DNA of 64,000 nucleotides from Myxococcales bacterium (GCA_037441385.1 JBBISH010000004.1:32001-96000); one strand, 5' to 3'. Positions 8,981-18,885 are shown, numbered from the stretch's first letter. Made by a program: numbers and translations. Notes: a model not told the origin generated them from the letters alone.

Positions 8981-11029
8981 CTACGGCTTGTCGTTGGGGG
9001 CGCACAGGTACTTGGTGGTCGAGTAGCTGCAAGTGCCGTCGTTGAACTGGATGTTGTTCGGGTCCCAGTTGTACATCGACAGCCAGCAGTTGGCGCCGTA
9101 GTCGCCGTTGGGCTCGCTGTAGGTCGAGTCGCGCAACCACCACTTGCCGCCGTCTGCCACCTTCCAGTCCGCGCAGCCCGAGCCGTAGGCCTTGGGATCG
9201 CGCATGACGCAGCCGGTGTAGCTGCCCGAGCCAGAGTCGCGGTAGACGCCCGGGATGGTGGCGAAGTAGCTGGTGCCGTACTTGTTCAGCATGGCGGTCC
9301 ACTGGCCCTTGGTGCGCGGATAGACGATGTCCCAGCCGTAGTCCTTGCAGCTATTGTCGTCGGTGGACTTGTAGGTGGTCTTGCCCGAGTCGATGGGCAA
9401 GTAGGTGTAGCCGCCGCCGTCGGTGGTCATGTCGCAGAACACCTGGAATACCTGGCCCTTGGGCGCTTTGACCCAGAAGCTGCCGTCTTTGGCCGTGGCC
9501 CCGTCGTTGGTCCAGCTCTTCTGGATGTCCAGACACGAAATGCCGGGCTTGGCCTTGATGAGACCCAGCGAGGCGATGCACGTGGAGCTGCAGCCGTCGC
9601 CGTTGGCGTTGTTGCCGTCGTCGCATTCTTCGTTGACGTCCAAGATGCCGTTGCCGCAGCTGTCGGCCAAGGTTTTCCACACGGTGCCATCGCAATAGCG
9701 CAGGGTCTTGGCGGTCTTGTCGAAGTACATGGCGCCCATCGTAGAGGGCTGGCACGGCACGGGCGCCGAGGTGGCCGGCGTCATCACCAAGGCCCCCGAC
9801 ACGGAAACCTTCTTGCTGGACAGGGTGTTGACGGTGATGGTCCAGCTGTTCAGCGCGCCGTCCGTCTTGGGATTGCCCGTGGCGGCGGCCAAGTCGGCCA
9901 CGTTGATCGACCAACTGCCCTTGGGGTTTTTGCCCACCCAGGTGCTCAAGTCGCCCGACACCAGCTTGTCCGGCGTGGGGTAGGTGGCGACCAGCTTGGT
10001 GCCGGTGCCGCCCTGGTCGTAGAGCTTGTAGGCGGTGCCGGCCGGATCGTAAACGGTGACGCGCACTTTCGAGATGTCGGAGTTGGCCAGGTCGACCGAG
10101 ACGGTCAGGCTTTGGGCGGTGCCGAAATCGGGCACGGTGATGGCGTCGGAGATGCCGGCCGGGAGGTTGTCGGCAATGGCGATCGGCGTGGCCGTGCTGG
10201 GCGCGATTTCGGCGAATTCGGTCGAGAGCAGACCATTGGACACCTCGTTCAGGCCGTCGGGCGGCAGTCCGCCGGCGGTGCAGTCCAAGCTGCCGTCGGC
10301 CTTGATGCCCTTGACGACCAGACCGGTGCCGCAACTGCTGTTGACTTTGGCCATCACGGGTACGTCAAGCAGATCGAGGTAGCTACCCGACTTGGCCACA
10401 GTTGCATACGTAGGCGTATTCTTTAGGTCTTTGTAGTCGCCGGTGCCTGCAACGGCCGCCAGGGCGGCGGCCTTGACGTAGTCGGCCAGATCGGTCGTCT
10501 TGGCAAACCCACTCAAATCTGCGGACTTGGCATACGCCGCCAGATCGCTGGTCTTGGCGTAGCCCTGCAGCAGCGCCGGATCCAAGTGGCCGGCCTTGAT
10601 GCAGCCCGAGCACTCCAGGCCTTCGGCCATCGCGCTGCGAATGGCGAACAGCACGCCGCGGACGGGGATGGTGGGCAGGGGCGCGTCGGTGGCCACCTGG
10701 ACCTGCAACCACCGATCACCGGTGAGCAGCGCCGCGGTCAACGGCGTCTTGGCGCCCAGCACGTGCGAGAACGAGCCGCCCTTGACGGTGATGTTGGTCG
10801 GTCCTTCGGTCCAGACCGGCTGGCCAGCCGCGGCGTCGAGCAGCGAAAACGTCAGCGGGTAGATTCCGTCGCTCACCGGACCGCCGCCGGTCGAAGACAG
10901 CGCGCCCTCGATCGCAGTGGTGGTGGGCACCGCCGCGCGGGCCGGGGCCGCAAACAGGCCCACAGCCGACAGCAGCCCCAGGGAAGTGAGAACCTTGGCC
11001 GACAGCGACGAAAAGGTGGAGTTCTTCAT
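8981..11029 (-). CDS. Secreted modular protein: fibre-like N-terminus, proprotein-convertase P-domain, myxobacterial Cys-rich repeat (DUF4215-like), fibrinogen-like C-terminus
   Basis: Signal peptide; DLSTWVGKNPKGSWSINVAD (P-domain); CGNGILDVNEECDDGNNANGDGCSSTC; SCLDI...FQVFCDMTTDGGGYT (fibrinogen-like). Confidence 0.8.
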   Translation of the reverse strand: MKNSTFSSLSAKVLTSLGLLSAVGLFAAPARAAVPTTTAIEGALSSTGGGPVSDGIYPLTFSLLDAAAGQPVWTEGPTNITVKGGSFSHVLGAKTPLTAALLTGDRWLQVQVATDAPLPTIPVRGVLFAIRSAMAEGLECSGCIKAGHLDPALLQGYAKTSDLAAYAKSADLSGFAKTTDLADYVKAAALAAVAGTGDYKDLKNTPTYATVAKSGSYLDLLDVPVMAKVNSSCGTGLVVKGIKADGSLDCTAGGLPPDGLNEVSNGLLSTEFAEIAPSTATPIAIADNLPAGISDAITVPDFGTAQSLTVSVDLANSDISKVRVTVYDPAGTAYKLYDQGGTGTKLVATYPTPDKLVSGDLSTWVGKNPKGSWSINVADLAAATGNPKTDGALNSWTITVNTLSSKKVSVSGALVMTPATSAPVPCQPSTMGAMYFDKTAKTLRYCDGTVWKTLADSCGNGILDVNEECDDGNNANGDGCSSTCIASLGLIKAKPGISCLDIQKSWTNDGATAKDGSFWVKAPKGQVFQVFCDMTTDGGGYTYLPIDSGKTTYKSTDDNSCKDYGWDIVYPRTKGQWTAMLNKYGTSYFATIPGVYRDSGSGSYTGCVMRDPKAYGSGCADWKVADGGKWWLRDSTYSEPNGDYGANCWLSMYNWDPNNIQFNDGTCSYSTTKYLCAPNDKP

Positions 11030-11072
11030 GCCGCACAGCCTAGCGCGGCCGCCAGCATAGGACAAGGAAGGA

Positions 11073-12323
11073 CTACGAAATTCGCCGGCGGCCGTGCCGC
11101 GAGCGCAGCTCCCGCTCGACCTGATCCAAAGTCAGGCCCAGCGACACCAATTTGACCATGCTAAAGAACAGCACGTCCGCGGTCTCCCACACCACGTCGC
11201 GGTCGCTGTGGGCGCGGACCAGCTCGTCGGCCTCTTCGCGGATCTTGGCATGGAGCAGCTTGCGGTCGGCGAAAAGCCGCGAAGTGTAGGCGCCGGGCTC
11301 GGGGCGATCACGCCGCTCGCGCAACACCCGCTCGAGCTGGTGCAGATCGAAGCGCTGCGGCCCAAAGCAGGACCGCTGCGGCAAGTGGCAGGCCTCGCCC
11401 GTCTGTTCCACGCGGTACAGCAGGCAGTCACGGTCGCAATCCCACCGCACCGCTTGCACGTGCTGGACGTGTCCCGAAGTTTCGCCCTTTTTCCAAAGCT
11501 CTTGCCGCGAGCGCGAAAAGAACGTGCCGCGGCCGGTCTTGAGCGTCTCGATCACCGCCTCGCGGTTGGCCCAAGCAAACATCAGCACTTGCGAATCGTC
11601 TTCGACGACGACGGGCATGAGATCGCCGGTCTTGGCCCAATCGAGCAGACTGACATACGCCTCGGCCAGGTCGAGCTTGCCGGTGTACAGCGCCATGCCC
11701 AGCTGGCTGTTGGCCCCCAACTTGTCGATCGCCGCAATTTCTTGAACCGTGGTGATGCCGCCCGCGGCCGTGATGGTGTTGCGCGTACTGGCGCAAACCT
11801 CGGCAATGGCCGGCAGATCCGCGCCTTGCATCAGGCCCTCGCGGTCGACCACCGTAAAGAGGTATTCGCTGCAATAGGGGGCCAGGCGGCTACAACGCTC
11901 GAGCGCCGTCTCGCCCGCCGTGGCAGTCCAGCCGTGCGTGGCCACGCGACCGCCTTTTTGATCGATGGCGACGATCAACTGCTCGCGGGCGTAGCGCTGC
12001 AGGAATTCTGGAGTCGCCGCGGTGCCAATGATGATCTTGCGGGCGCCAGCGCGCAGAAGCCGGTCCGCGCGGCCATGGTCGCGAATGCCGCCGCCCACCC
12101 GCGCGTCGACCTTGGCCAGGATGCGCTCGATGGTGGCCAGATTGTCGCCGCGGCCCAGCGCCGCATCCAAATCGATGATGGCCACCTCGCCGTAGCGCGA
12201 AAACTCCTGCGCCAAGGCCACTGGATCGTCGACCACCACCGCGCAGTCGTCGGGGTTGCCCTGGCGCAACTGCACGGCCTTGCCGCCCATCAGATCGATC
12301 GAAGGAATCAACATCTCGCTCAC
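11073..12323 (-). CDS. hisA-hisIE: Fused HisA + HisI (PR-AMP cyclohydrolase) + HisE (PR-ATP pyrophosphatase)
   Basis: IPSIDLMGGKAVQL and VGGGIR (HisA); FFSRSRQELWKKGETSGH...DCDRDCLL...ACH...SCF (HisI); YTSRLF...KIREEADEL...ETADVLF (HisE). Confidence 0.9.
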   Translation of the reverse strand: MSEMLIPSIDLMGGKAVQLRQGNPDDCAVVVDDPVALAQEFSRYGEVAIIDLDAALGRGDNLATIERILAKVDARVGGGIRDHGRADRLLRAGARKIIIGTAATPEFLQRYAREQLIVAIDQKGGRVATHGWTATAGETALERCSRLAPYCSEYLFTVVDREGLMQGADLPAIAEVCASTRNTITAAGGITTVQEIAAIDKLGANSQLGMALYTGKLDLAEAYVSLLDWAKTGDLMPVVVEDDSQVLMFAWANREAVIETLKTGRGTFFSRSRQELWKKGETSGHVQHVQAVRWDCDRDCLLYRVEQTGEACHLPQRSCFGPQRFDLHQLERVLRERRDRPEPGAYTSRLFADRKLLHAKIREEADELVRAHSDRDVVWETADVLFFSMVKLVSLGLTLDQVERELRSRHGRRRIS

Positions 12324-12356
12324 CCACTGGCTGCGGACCAGGCCGCGGCGCCCCCG

Positions 12357-13112
12357 CTAGGTCCGGACAGGGATGCCGCGCGACCGCAGGCAGTCCTTGA
12401 CATCCCGAATCGAAAAATCGCCCTGATGGAACACGCTCGCGGCCAAAACGGCGTGCACACCGCCCTGCTCGACCGCTTCGGCAAAATGCTCGGGCCGTCC
12501 CGCGCCGCCGCTGGCGATGACGGGGATGGGCACGGCCTGCACGATGGCCCGGTTCAAGTCGTGGCCAAAGCCCTGGCGCGTGCCGTCGGCGTCCATGTCG
12601 TTGACGAGCAACTCGCCAGCGCCCAAATCCGCTACGCGCCGGGCGAATTCCACGGCATCCAGCCCCGTGTCGCGCCGTCCGCCGTGGCTGGTCAGCGCGT
12701 AGCGGCCGCCCATCCGCTTGACGTCGAGCGACACAACCAGGCACTGGCTGCCGAACTCACTGGCGATTTGCTGCACCAACTGCGGGTTCGCCACCGCCGC
12801 CGAACCCACCGTGACTTTGTCGGCGCCGGCCCGCAGCACCGCGCGCACATCGTCCAGCGTGCGGAGCCCACCGCCGACCGCAAAGGGAATGAACAGGACT
12901 TGGGCCACCTTCGCGACCAGATCGCGCAAGATATCGCGCCCCTGGTCCGAGGCGCGCACGTCCAAGAATGCCAATTCGTCGATGCCCTGGGCGTCGTAGC
13001 GAGCCGCCAGCTCGACGGGGTCGCCCTGGTCTTGCAGATCGGCAAAACGAACACCCTTGACCACGCGACCGTGCTCGATGTCCAGGCAGGCGATGAGGCG
13101 AACCGTGTGCAC
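12357..13112 (-). CDS. hisF: Imidazole glycerol phosphate synthase cyclase subunit
   Basis: RLIACLD, GRVVKGV, GDPVELA, DELAFLD, VGGGLR, FGSQC, DADGTRQG, IASGGAG, AASVFH. Confidence 0.95.
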   Translation of the reverse strand: MHTVRLIACLDIEHGRVVKGVRFADLQDQGDPVELAARYDAQGIDELAFLDVRASDQGRDILRDLVAKVAQVLFIPFAVGGGLRTLDDVRAVLRAGADKVTVGSAAVANPQLVQQIASEFGSQCLVVSLDVKRMGGRYALTSHGGRRDTGLDAVEFARRVADLGAGELLVNDMDADGTRQGFGHDLNRAIVQAVPIPVIASGGAGRPEHFAEAVEQGGVHAVLAASVFHQGDFSIRDVKDCLRSRGIPVRT

Positions 13113-13160
13113 AGAAATCCTTGATCCAGTGGGCAAAGGCCGTTGCTGGGCGGCGGGCGT

Positions 13161-13760
13161 CTAGGCCAACCGCAGCCAGGCCGCCAAGTAATCCAGCCCG
13201 GCTTGGCCAGACTTTTCGGGGTGGAATTGCACAGCACACAGGTTGTCTTGGCGCACCGCCGCGGCAAACGGCACGCCGTAGTCGGCCAGCGCCGTGACGG
13301 CGTCGCCCAGGGCTGGCGCGTAGTAGCTGTGGACGAAATAGTAAAATTGACCTGGACTTTCAAGGCCACATGGGTGTGGCTCGGCCGGCGCGCGCAGCTG
13401 TTGCCACCCCACGTGCGGCACCGGCAGCCCCGGCGCAAAGCGATGGCACTGGCCGGGCAGCAGGCCCAGGCCGGCCACACCCGGCGCCTCGTCGCTGGCC
13501 TGGTACAGCAACTGCAACCCCAGGCAGATGCCCAAGAACGGCTTGCCGCTCTGGAGCGATTGCCGCAGGGCCGGCAGCAGGCCACTGGCCTGAAGTTGCC
13601 GCATCGCCTGTGCAAAATGGCCCTGACCGGGGAAGACCACGTGGCTGGCTGTCCGCAATTGGTCGGGATCGCGGACGAGCTGGGCGTCGCCCCCCAAATG
13701 GCGCAGCGCGCGCACCACGCTCGCGACGTTGCCGGCACCGTAGTCGACCACAGCAATCAA
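13161..13760 (-). CDS. hisH: Imidazole glycerol phosphate synthase glutamine amidotransferase subunit
   Basis: [42 protein letters not shown]. Confidence 0.95.
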   Translation of the reverse strand: MIAVVDYGAGNVASVVRALRHLGGDAQLVRDPDQLRTASHVVFPGQGHFAQAMRQLQASGLLPALRQSLQSGKPFLGICLGLQLLYQASDEAPGVAGLGLLPGQCHRFAPGLPVPHVGWQQLRAPAEPHPCGLESPGQFYYFVHSYYAPALGDAVTALADYGVPFAAAVRQDNLCAVQFHPEKSGQAGLDYLAAWLRLA

Positions 13761-13925
13761 CGTCCACTCCTTGCGTTGGCTGGGTCAAACTCCCGCCATC
13801 GGCGCTACCACGCGGCCGGCAAGCCTACGGGCAAGTACGGCGCTCGTAAAGGCCTTGGCCCCTTGCCGCGGCGCACCGCGTTGCCGGATGGGGGCGAAAC
13901 GGCTACCGTGCGGCCGGAGCGCGCC

Positions 13926-14675
13926 ATGACCGACGACAAGCAAGACAACCAGGACCTGCCCAGACTCAGCAAGCGGATGGCCGAGCTGGGCCTGTGTTCG
14001 CGGCGCGAGGCCGACGACTACATCGCCCGCGGCTGGGTCAAGATCGATGGCGTGGTGGCCACTTTGGGCACGCGCGTGCGGCGCGGTCAGAACATCGAGC
14101 TGGACAGGCGTGGCTCAGCCGTGCAGCAACAACGCGCGACCATTTTGCTCAACAAACCCATCGGCTTTGTCTCTACGCAGCCCGAGCATGGCTACCGCGC
14201 CGCCGTGGAGTTGGTGCTGCCCGAAAACCGCGATCCGCAGTACCTCGGTCCGCCGCTGCGCCGCGAGCACCTGCGCGATCTGTCGGTGGCGGGGCGACTG
14301 GACATCGACTCGACCGGGCTGCTGGTGCTGACCCAGGATGGCCGCGTCGCCCGCCAGCTCATTGGCGAAGACCGCACCATGGACAAGGAGTACTTGGTGC
14401 GCGTAGAGGGGCAATTGCCCCAGGGCGGCCTGGAGTTGCTGCGCCACGGCCTGTCGCTCGACGGCGAGCCGCTGCTGCGCGCAGAGGTCGAGTGGCTCAA
14501 CCGCGACCAGCTGCGCTTTGTGCTGCGCGAGGGCAAGAAACGCCAGATTCGCCGCATGTGCGAGGCCGTGGGCCTGCGCGTGGTGGGCCTAAAGCGGGTG
14601 CGGGTCGGGCGCGTCAAGCTGGGCAAGCTGCAGCTTGGAATGTGGCGATTCCTGGGCGACGACGAGGTCTTTTGA
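13926..14675 (+). CDS. rRNA pseudouridine synthase, RsuA/RluB/RluF family, with S4 domain
   Basis: [18 protein letters not shown] (S4); [28 protein letters not shown]. Confidence 0.92.
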   Translation: MTDDKQDNQDLPRLSKRMAELGLCSRREADDYIARGWVKIDGVVATLGTRVRRGQNIELDRRGSAVQQQRATILLNKPIGFVSTQPEHGYRAAVELVLPENRDPQYLGPPLRREHLRDLSVAGRLDIDSTGLLVLTQDGRVARQLIGEDRTMDKEYLVRVEGQLPQGGLELLRHGLSLDGEPLLRAEVEWLNRDQLRFVLREGKKRQIRRMCEAVGLRVVGLKRVRVGRVKLGKLQLGMWRFLGDDEVF

Positions 14676-14686
14676 CCGCTACCCGC

Positions 14687-16492
14687 CTACTTGCCGACCA
14701 TCCACGCGTAGTAGCGGTCGTAGTCCCACTCTAGACCGGTGCCCGTCAAGTCCAAGCTGCCGCTGGCAAATCCGGCCCACAGGCGATGCATGTTGTAGGT
14801 CGACGCCAAGAAGTAGGGCGCGGTCTTGAGGACCAACGTGGACGACGTGTTGGCCGGGAACGTGACATTTTGACAATTGGTGTTGACCGTGTTGGTGGTC
14901 AGGGTCCAGACGGCCATGCCATTGAGGGCCAAGCTGGCGCCGTAAGTGGCGTTCATCGAAGAGTAATTGGCGCAGATGCTGCGCGTGACGGCGGCGGCGG
15001 TCGGATTCTTGATAAAGACCACCACATACTGCCGGCTGTGGTCGGTGCTGGACGAGGTGTAGCCAAGACCGCGATGAAACTGGATGTTGCCCTTGCTGTC
15101 GGCCCAGTGCAGTTCGCTCACGGCGTTGTGCAAGGCGGCATTGTCGCTGTAGGGCACGGCGGCGGCCGTGTCGTACTTGGTGCCCACCAGGGCGTTGCCG
15201 GCCATGGCGTCGATGTATTCGCCGTACAGGACCGGTCGCGAGCCGGCCGGGAACAGCAGCCGCGCCTGGGCCGAAGCGCCCACCGTTAAGTTGCCGGTCA
15301 CGCTCAGGTCGCCCGTGATGGTTTGATTGCCGGTCAGGTTGACCGCACCATTGACCGCCAGCTTGGACTTGGAGTTGGTCACGATCTTGAGCGACCAAGT
15401 GAACTTGCCATCGTCCGCGGTAGCGACATTGTCCAGGACATCGCGCACGACCAGCGACCAAGTGCCCTTGAGGTCCTTGCCCAGCCAATCCGCGTTGAGG
15501 TCGCCGCTGACCAGGCCCAAGTCCTGATTGAAATTGACGGTCATCGTCGTGCCGGTCTTGCTCCCGTCGTACAAAACGTACGGCGTGGCGTTGCCCGGCG
15601 CGTACAAGTCGACCTTGACCTTGGACACATCGCTATTGGTCGCGGTAAAGGCGATCCACAGCTGCTGCGTGTTGCCCGTAGAGGGTACGGTGATGGTGTC
15701 GGTCACGCCAGCGCCCAGGCCATCGGGGATGCCCTTGTTGGTCGAACCGGCAAAGCTGTCTGTGAATTGGGTCGAGAGGACGCCATTCGAGATCTCGTCC
15801 AAGCCGTCTGCGGGCAGGCCGCTGGCCGAGATGGCGCTGGTCGCGCACTCGTAGCTGCCGTCGGCCAAGATGCCTTTCATGACCAAGCCGGTGCCGCATG
15901 ACTTGCCCACTTTGGCCAAGACGGGAACGCCCTTGAGGTCGCCAAAGTTGCCGGTACTGGCCACGTCGGACAGCGTGGCCACCTTGGCGTACTGGGCGAG
16001 ATCGGTGGCCAGGGCAAAGCCGCTCGTCACCTCGGGAGCGAGTTGCTTGAGGCCAATGCAGCCCGAGCAGTCCACCGACTCGGACACAATGGTTCGGACT
16101 GAAAACGGCACGGATGTCAGTTGCTTGCGCGCCAGCTCCGGCTCTTGGCCCACGGCGATCCCTACCCAAGCCGCCGAGGCCATGACCGAGGGCGGCAAGG
16201 CCTTGGTCACGCCCAAGTTGGCAGAGAACATGCCGTTCTTGATGCCGACGGTCAGCGGCCCCTCGAACCAGAGCGGGGTGCCGCCCGACTGATCCTTGTA
16301 CAGCGCGAAGGTGAGGTCGTAGGCGCCGTCTGGGGCAGCGCCGCCCGACGAGGTGATGGCCCCGGTCACGCCAAGGACGCTGGGGGCCGAGGCCAGGGCT
16401 TCGCGGGAGCCGGCCAGGCTGGCGAAAGCGACGAGCGTCATTGTGAGCACCAGCGACCACGACGGGAAACGCTGCAGGATCTTGGACATCAT
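14687..16492 (-). CDS. Secreted modular protein, paralogue of 8981-11029 (shared N-terminus and P-domain, different C-terminus)
   Basis: Signal peptide; DGAYDLTFALY...LWFEGP, VDCSGCI, KSCGTGLVMKGILADGS, LPADGLDEISNG, WLGKDLKGTWSLVVRD. Confidence 0.8.
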   Translation of the reverse strand: MMSKILQRFPSWSLVLTMTLVAFASLAGSREALASAPSVLGVTGAITSSGGAAPDGAYDLTFALYKDQSGGTPLWFEGPLTVGIKNGMFSANLGVTKALPPSVMASAAWVGIAVGQEPELARKQLTSVPFSVRTIVSESVDCSGCIGLKQLAPEVTSGFALATDLAQYAKVATLSDVASTGNFGDLKGVPVLAKVGKSCGTGLVMKGILADGSYECATSAISASGLPADGLDEISNGVLSTQFTDSFAGSTNKGIPDGLGAGVTDTITVPSTGNTQQLWIAFTATNSDVSKVKVDLYAPGNATPYVLYDGSKTGTTMTVNFNQDLGLVSGDLNADWLGKDLKGTWSLVVRDVLDNVATADDGKFTWSLKIVTNSKSKLAVNGAVNLTGNQTITGDLSVTGNLTVGASAQARLLFPAGSRPVLYGEYIDAMAGNALVGTKYDTAAAVPYSDNAALHNAVSELHWADSKGNIQFHRGLGYTSSSTDHSRQYVVVFIKNPTAAAVTRSICANYSSMNATYGASLALNGMAVWTLTTNTVNTNCQNVTFPANTSSTLVLKTAPYFLASTYNMHRLWAGFASGSLDLTGTGLEWDYDRYYAWMVGK

Positions 16493-16614
16493 CGATCTTC
16501 CTCCCCGATGGGTGGATGCTAGCATTCGCGGCTCCGCGATGCCAACGCCGGCTGACGCCGCGGCGCAGGCGCAAGAGCGATTGACCCCTTGGCGGCATAG
16601 CCTTAGTCTCGGCA

Positions 16615-17658
16615 GTGGCCCAGCGGCCAAATGGGACGGACGCCGTGTCAGGGACCGTGGTCGACAACCTTCAGCGATTGCAGGCCGTTGGACAATCCAT
16701 CGGGCACAACTTGGCGACGCAGCTGGCGCAATGGTCCGAGCCCGAACGCCGCCGGACGCTGGCCGAACTGGTGGCCCGCGAGTTCTCTGAGGCGTCGCAA
16801 GAAGTGGCGTCGTTGCTGCTGTCTGGCAGTTGGCGCACGCCCGACGACGAACTCGAGCGACGCATCAGCCACCTGTTGGCCTCCAAGAACCTGAGCCCGC
16901 ATGGCACCGATTCTTTTGGGTTCGCCCCGGCCGAGGTCCGCAGCGTGGTCCCCTACCTGGAGTTTCTCTACCGGGTGTGGTTCCGCGCCGAAGTCCACGA
17001 CATCCAGCGTGTACCCGAAGGCCGCTGCCTCCTTATCGCCAATCATTCTGGTCAGTTGCCCTTTGACGGCGTCGTCATCGGCACCTCGCTGCTGCTCGAC
17101 CGCGATCCGCCCAGAATGGCGCGGTCGATGGTCGAGAAGTTCGCCACCTCGCTGCCTTTTTTTGGCACGTTCTGCAACCGCATGGGCCAGGTCACCGGCC
17201 TGCCCGACAACTGCCGTCGCCTGCTAGAAAGCGAAGAGGCCGTGCTGGTGTTCCCAGAGGGCGCCCGCGGGATCAGCAAGCCCTATTCGCACCGCTACCG
17301 AATGACGGCATTTGGACATGGTTTCATGCGCTTGGCCCTGGAGAGTCAGGTTCCGATCGTGCCCATCGCGGTCGTGGGGGCCGAGGAGCAGACCGTCAAC
17401 TTGGTCAACGTGGCGCCGCTGGCCAAGCTGCTGAACATGCCGTCGGCGCCGCTGACCCCGCTGATGCCGCTGCTGGGTCCTGTGGCGATGCTGCCGGCGC
17501 CCGTGAAGTATCGCGTCTACTTTGGCGAACCCATGGAATTTACCGGCGATGCCAACGACGACGATGCGGTGGTGGCGGGCAAGGTCGCCAAGGTGCGGGC
17601 CGCTATCCAGGCGATGATGGACAAAGGGTTGGCCGAGCGACGCGGCATCTTCATCTAG
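16615..17658 (+). CDS. Lysophospholipid/glycerol acyltransferase family protein (PlsC-like)
   Basis: IANHSGQLPFDG (HxxxxD-type), VFPEGARG, PIVPIAVVGAEE. Start codon uncertain. Confidence 0.88.
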   Translation: MAQRPNGTDAVSGTVVDNLQRLQAVGQSIGHNLATQLAQWSEPERRRTLAELVAREFSEASQEVASLLLSGSWRTPDDELERRISHLLASKNLSPHGTDSFGFAPAEVRSVVPYLEFLYRVWFRAEVHDIQRVPEGRCLLIANHSGQLPFDGVVIGTSLLLDRDPPRMARSMVEKFATSLPFFGTFCNRMGQVTGLPDNCRRLLESEEAVLVFPEGARGISKPYSHRYRMTAFGHGFMRLALESQVPIVPIAVVGAEEQTVNLVNVAPLAKLLNMPSAPLTPLMPLLGPVAMLPAPVKYRVYFGEPMEFTGDANDDDAVVAGKVAKVRAAIQAMMDKGLAERRGIFI

Positions 17659-17700
17659 CGAATCCGGCGCGGGGCGGGCGGTAGGCCCAAGGGGAGCGAC

Positions 17701-18702
17701 ATGGCCAAACGCAAGACGTTGGCAGTGATTACGGGAATCGGCGGCCGCCTGGGTCAGCTGCTGGTGCGGCGCCTGCACCGCGAAGCCGAGACGCGGGTCA
17801 TCGGCATCGACCGGCGGCCGTTCTTGCGCAAACCGTCGGATGTTGAGCATTTGCGCATCGATATCCGCCGCAAGGCCTGCGAAGACCTGTTCCGCACCCG
17901 GCGTGTGGACGTCATCTATCACCTGGGCCTGATGCACGACCCGCGCCAGGGTCTGGGCGAGCACTACACCTGGAACCTGTTTGGAACCAAGCAGATTTTG
18001 GAGTTCGCTCAACGCTATAGCGTGCCCAAGGTGGTCATTCTGTCGACGGGCGACGTCTATGGGCCGCAGAGCGACAACCCCGCCTTCATCAGCGAAGACG
18101 CGCCCTTGCTAGGTGCCCAGCGTTTTGCCGGCATGCGCGACCTGATTGCGGTAGACATGTTCGCGCAGTCGTACTTCTGGAAATTCCCAGAGATCGAGAC
18201 GGTCGTGCTGCGTCCGGCGCACATCGTGGGCGGCGTGCGCAACGCGGTGTCGAACTACCTGCGCCTGCCGCGGTTGCCGCTGCTCCTGGGCTTTGACCCC
18301 ATGGTGCAGGTGCTGCACGAGGAGGACGCGGTTTCGGCGATTCTGGCGGCGGCGCGGCCCGGTGTGCGCGGCGTATTCAACGTGGTGGGTGCGGATGCCC
18401 TACCGTTGCGCACGCTGGTGGGCCTGACCGGCAAGCCGACTCTGGAGGTGCCGCACGTGCTGCTGCCCAGCCTGGCCAGACAACTTTTCCAGTTGCGGCT
18501 TGCCGACTTCCCAGCGGCCGAGCTGGACTACATTCGCTACTCGGCCACGCTGGACGGCGAGCGCCTGCGCACCGTTACCCGCTGGCATCCCCAGTATACG
18601 GTGGAGGAGGCCGTGCAAGCGGCGTTGCGGTCGACCATTTTTGACGGCGGCGCAGAGCGAACGGTCGCTGGGAGCGGTGCCGGTCATACGGAGTCCGTCT
18701 AA
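17701..18702 (+). CDS. NAD-dependent epimerase/dehydratase (extended SDR)
   Basis: ITGIGGRLG, DVIYHL, NLFGT, STGDVYG, VLRPAHIVG, FDPMVQVLHEED. Confidence 0.88.
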   Translation: MAKRKTLAVITGIGGRLGQLLVRRLHREAETRVIGIDRRPFLRKPSDVEHLRIDIRRKACEDLFRTRRVDVIYHLGLMHDPRQGLGEHYTWNLFGTKQILEFAQRYSVPKVVILSTGDVYGPQSDNPAFISEDAPLLGAQRFAGMRDLIAVDMFAQSYFWKFPEIETVVLRPAHIVGGVRNAVSNYLRLPRLPLLLGFDPMVQVLHEEDAVSAILAAARPGVRGVFNVVGADALPLRTLVGLTGKPTLEVPHVLLPSLARQLFQLRLADFPAAELDYIRYSATLDGERLRTVTRWHPQYTVEEAVQAALRSTIFDGGAERTVAGSGAGHTESV

Positions 18703-18754
18703 TTCAAATGCCCGATTTTCATGCATATCCGGTGCCGGAGGCATTTGAACTATT

Positions 18755-18871
18755 TCGGCTCGAAAACGCCGACGATTCTTCGGGCCCGAATCGGGGTCCC
18801 CGCCTGATTCTCGCCAGTTGCAGAACGGGTCAGAGAAGCCGTATAGCCGCGAATCAGGTGGGGCGCGTATA
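18755..18871 (+). repeat. Dispersed structured intergenic repeat, copy 1
   Basis: Ungapped match to 51933-52049 (16 mismatches in 117 nt by hand count); internal palindrome TTCGGGCCCGAA and stem CCCCGCCTGATTC/GAATCAGGTGGGG. Confidence 0.85.
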
Positions 18872-18885
18872 GGTTGGGGTGCGCA

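Noticed and set aside
13143..13925. 5' extensions of ORF-track calls (pseudouridine synthase from 13143, ACAD from 5751, carbamoyltransferase from 34202, rsbS from 47926, mannosyltransferase from 57136)
   Set aside because: The extensions overlap other real genes; family motifs, RBSs or ATGA couplings point to later starts.
8981..16492. Diversity-generating retroelement acting on the lectin/fibrinogen-like tips
   Set aside because: No reverse transcriptase and no template/variable repeat pair differing at adenines was seen.
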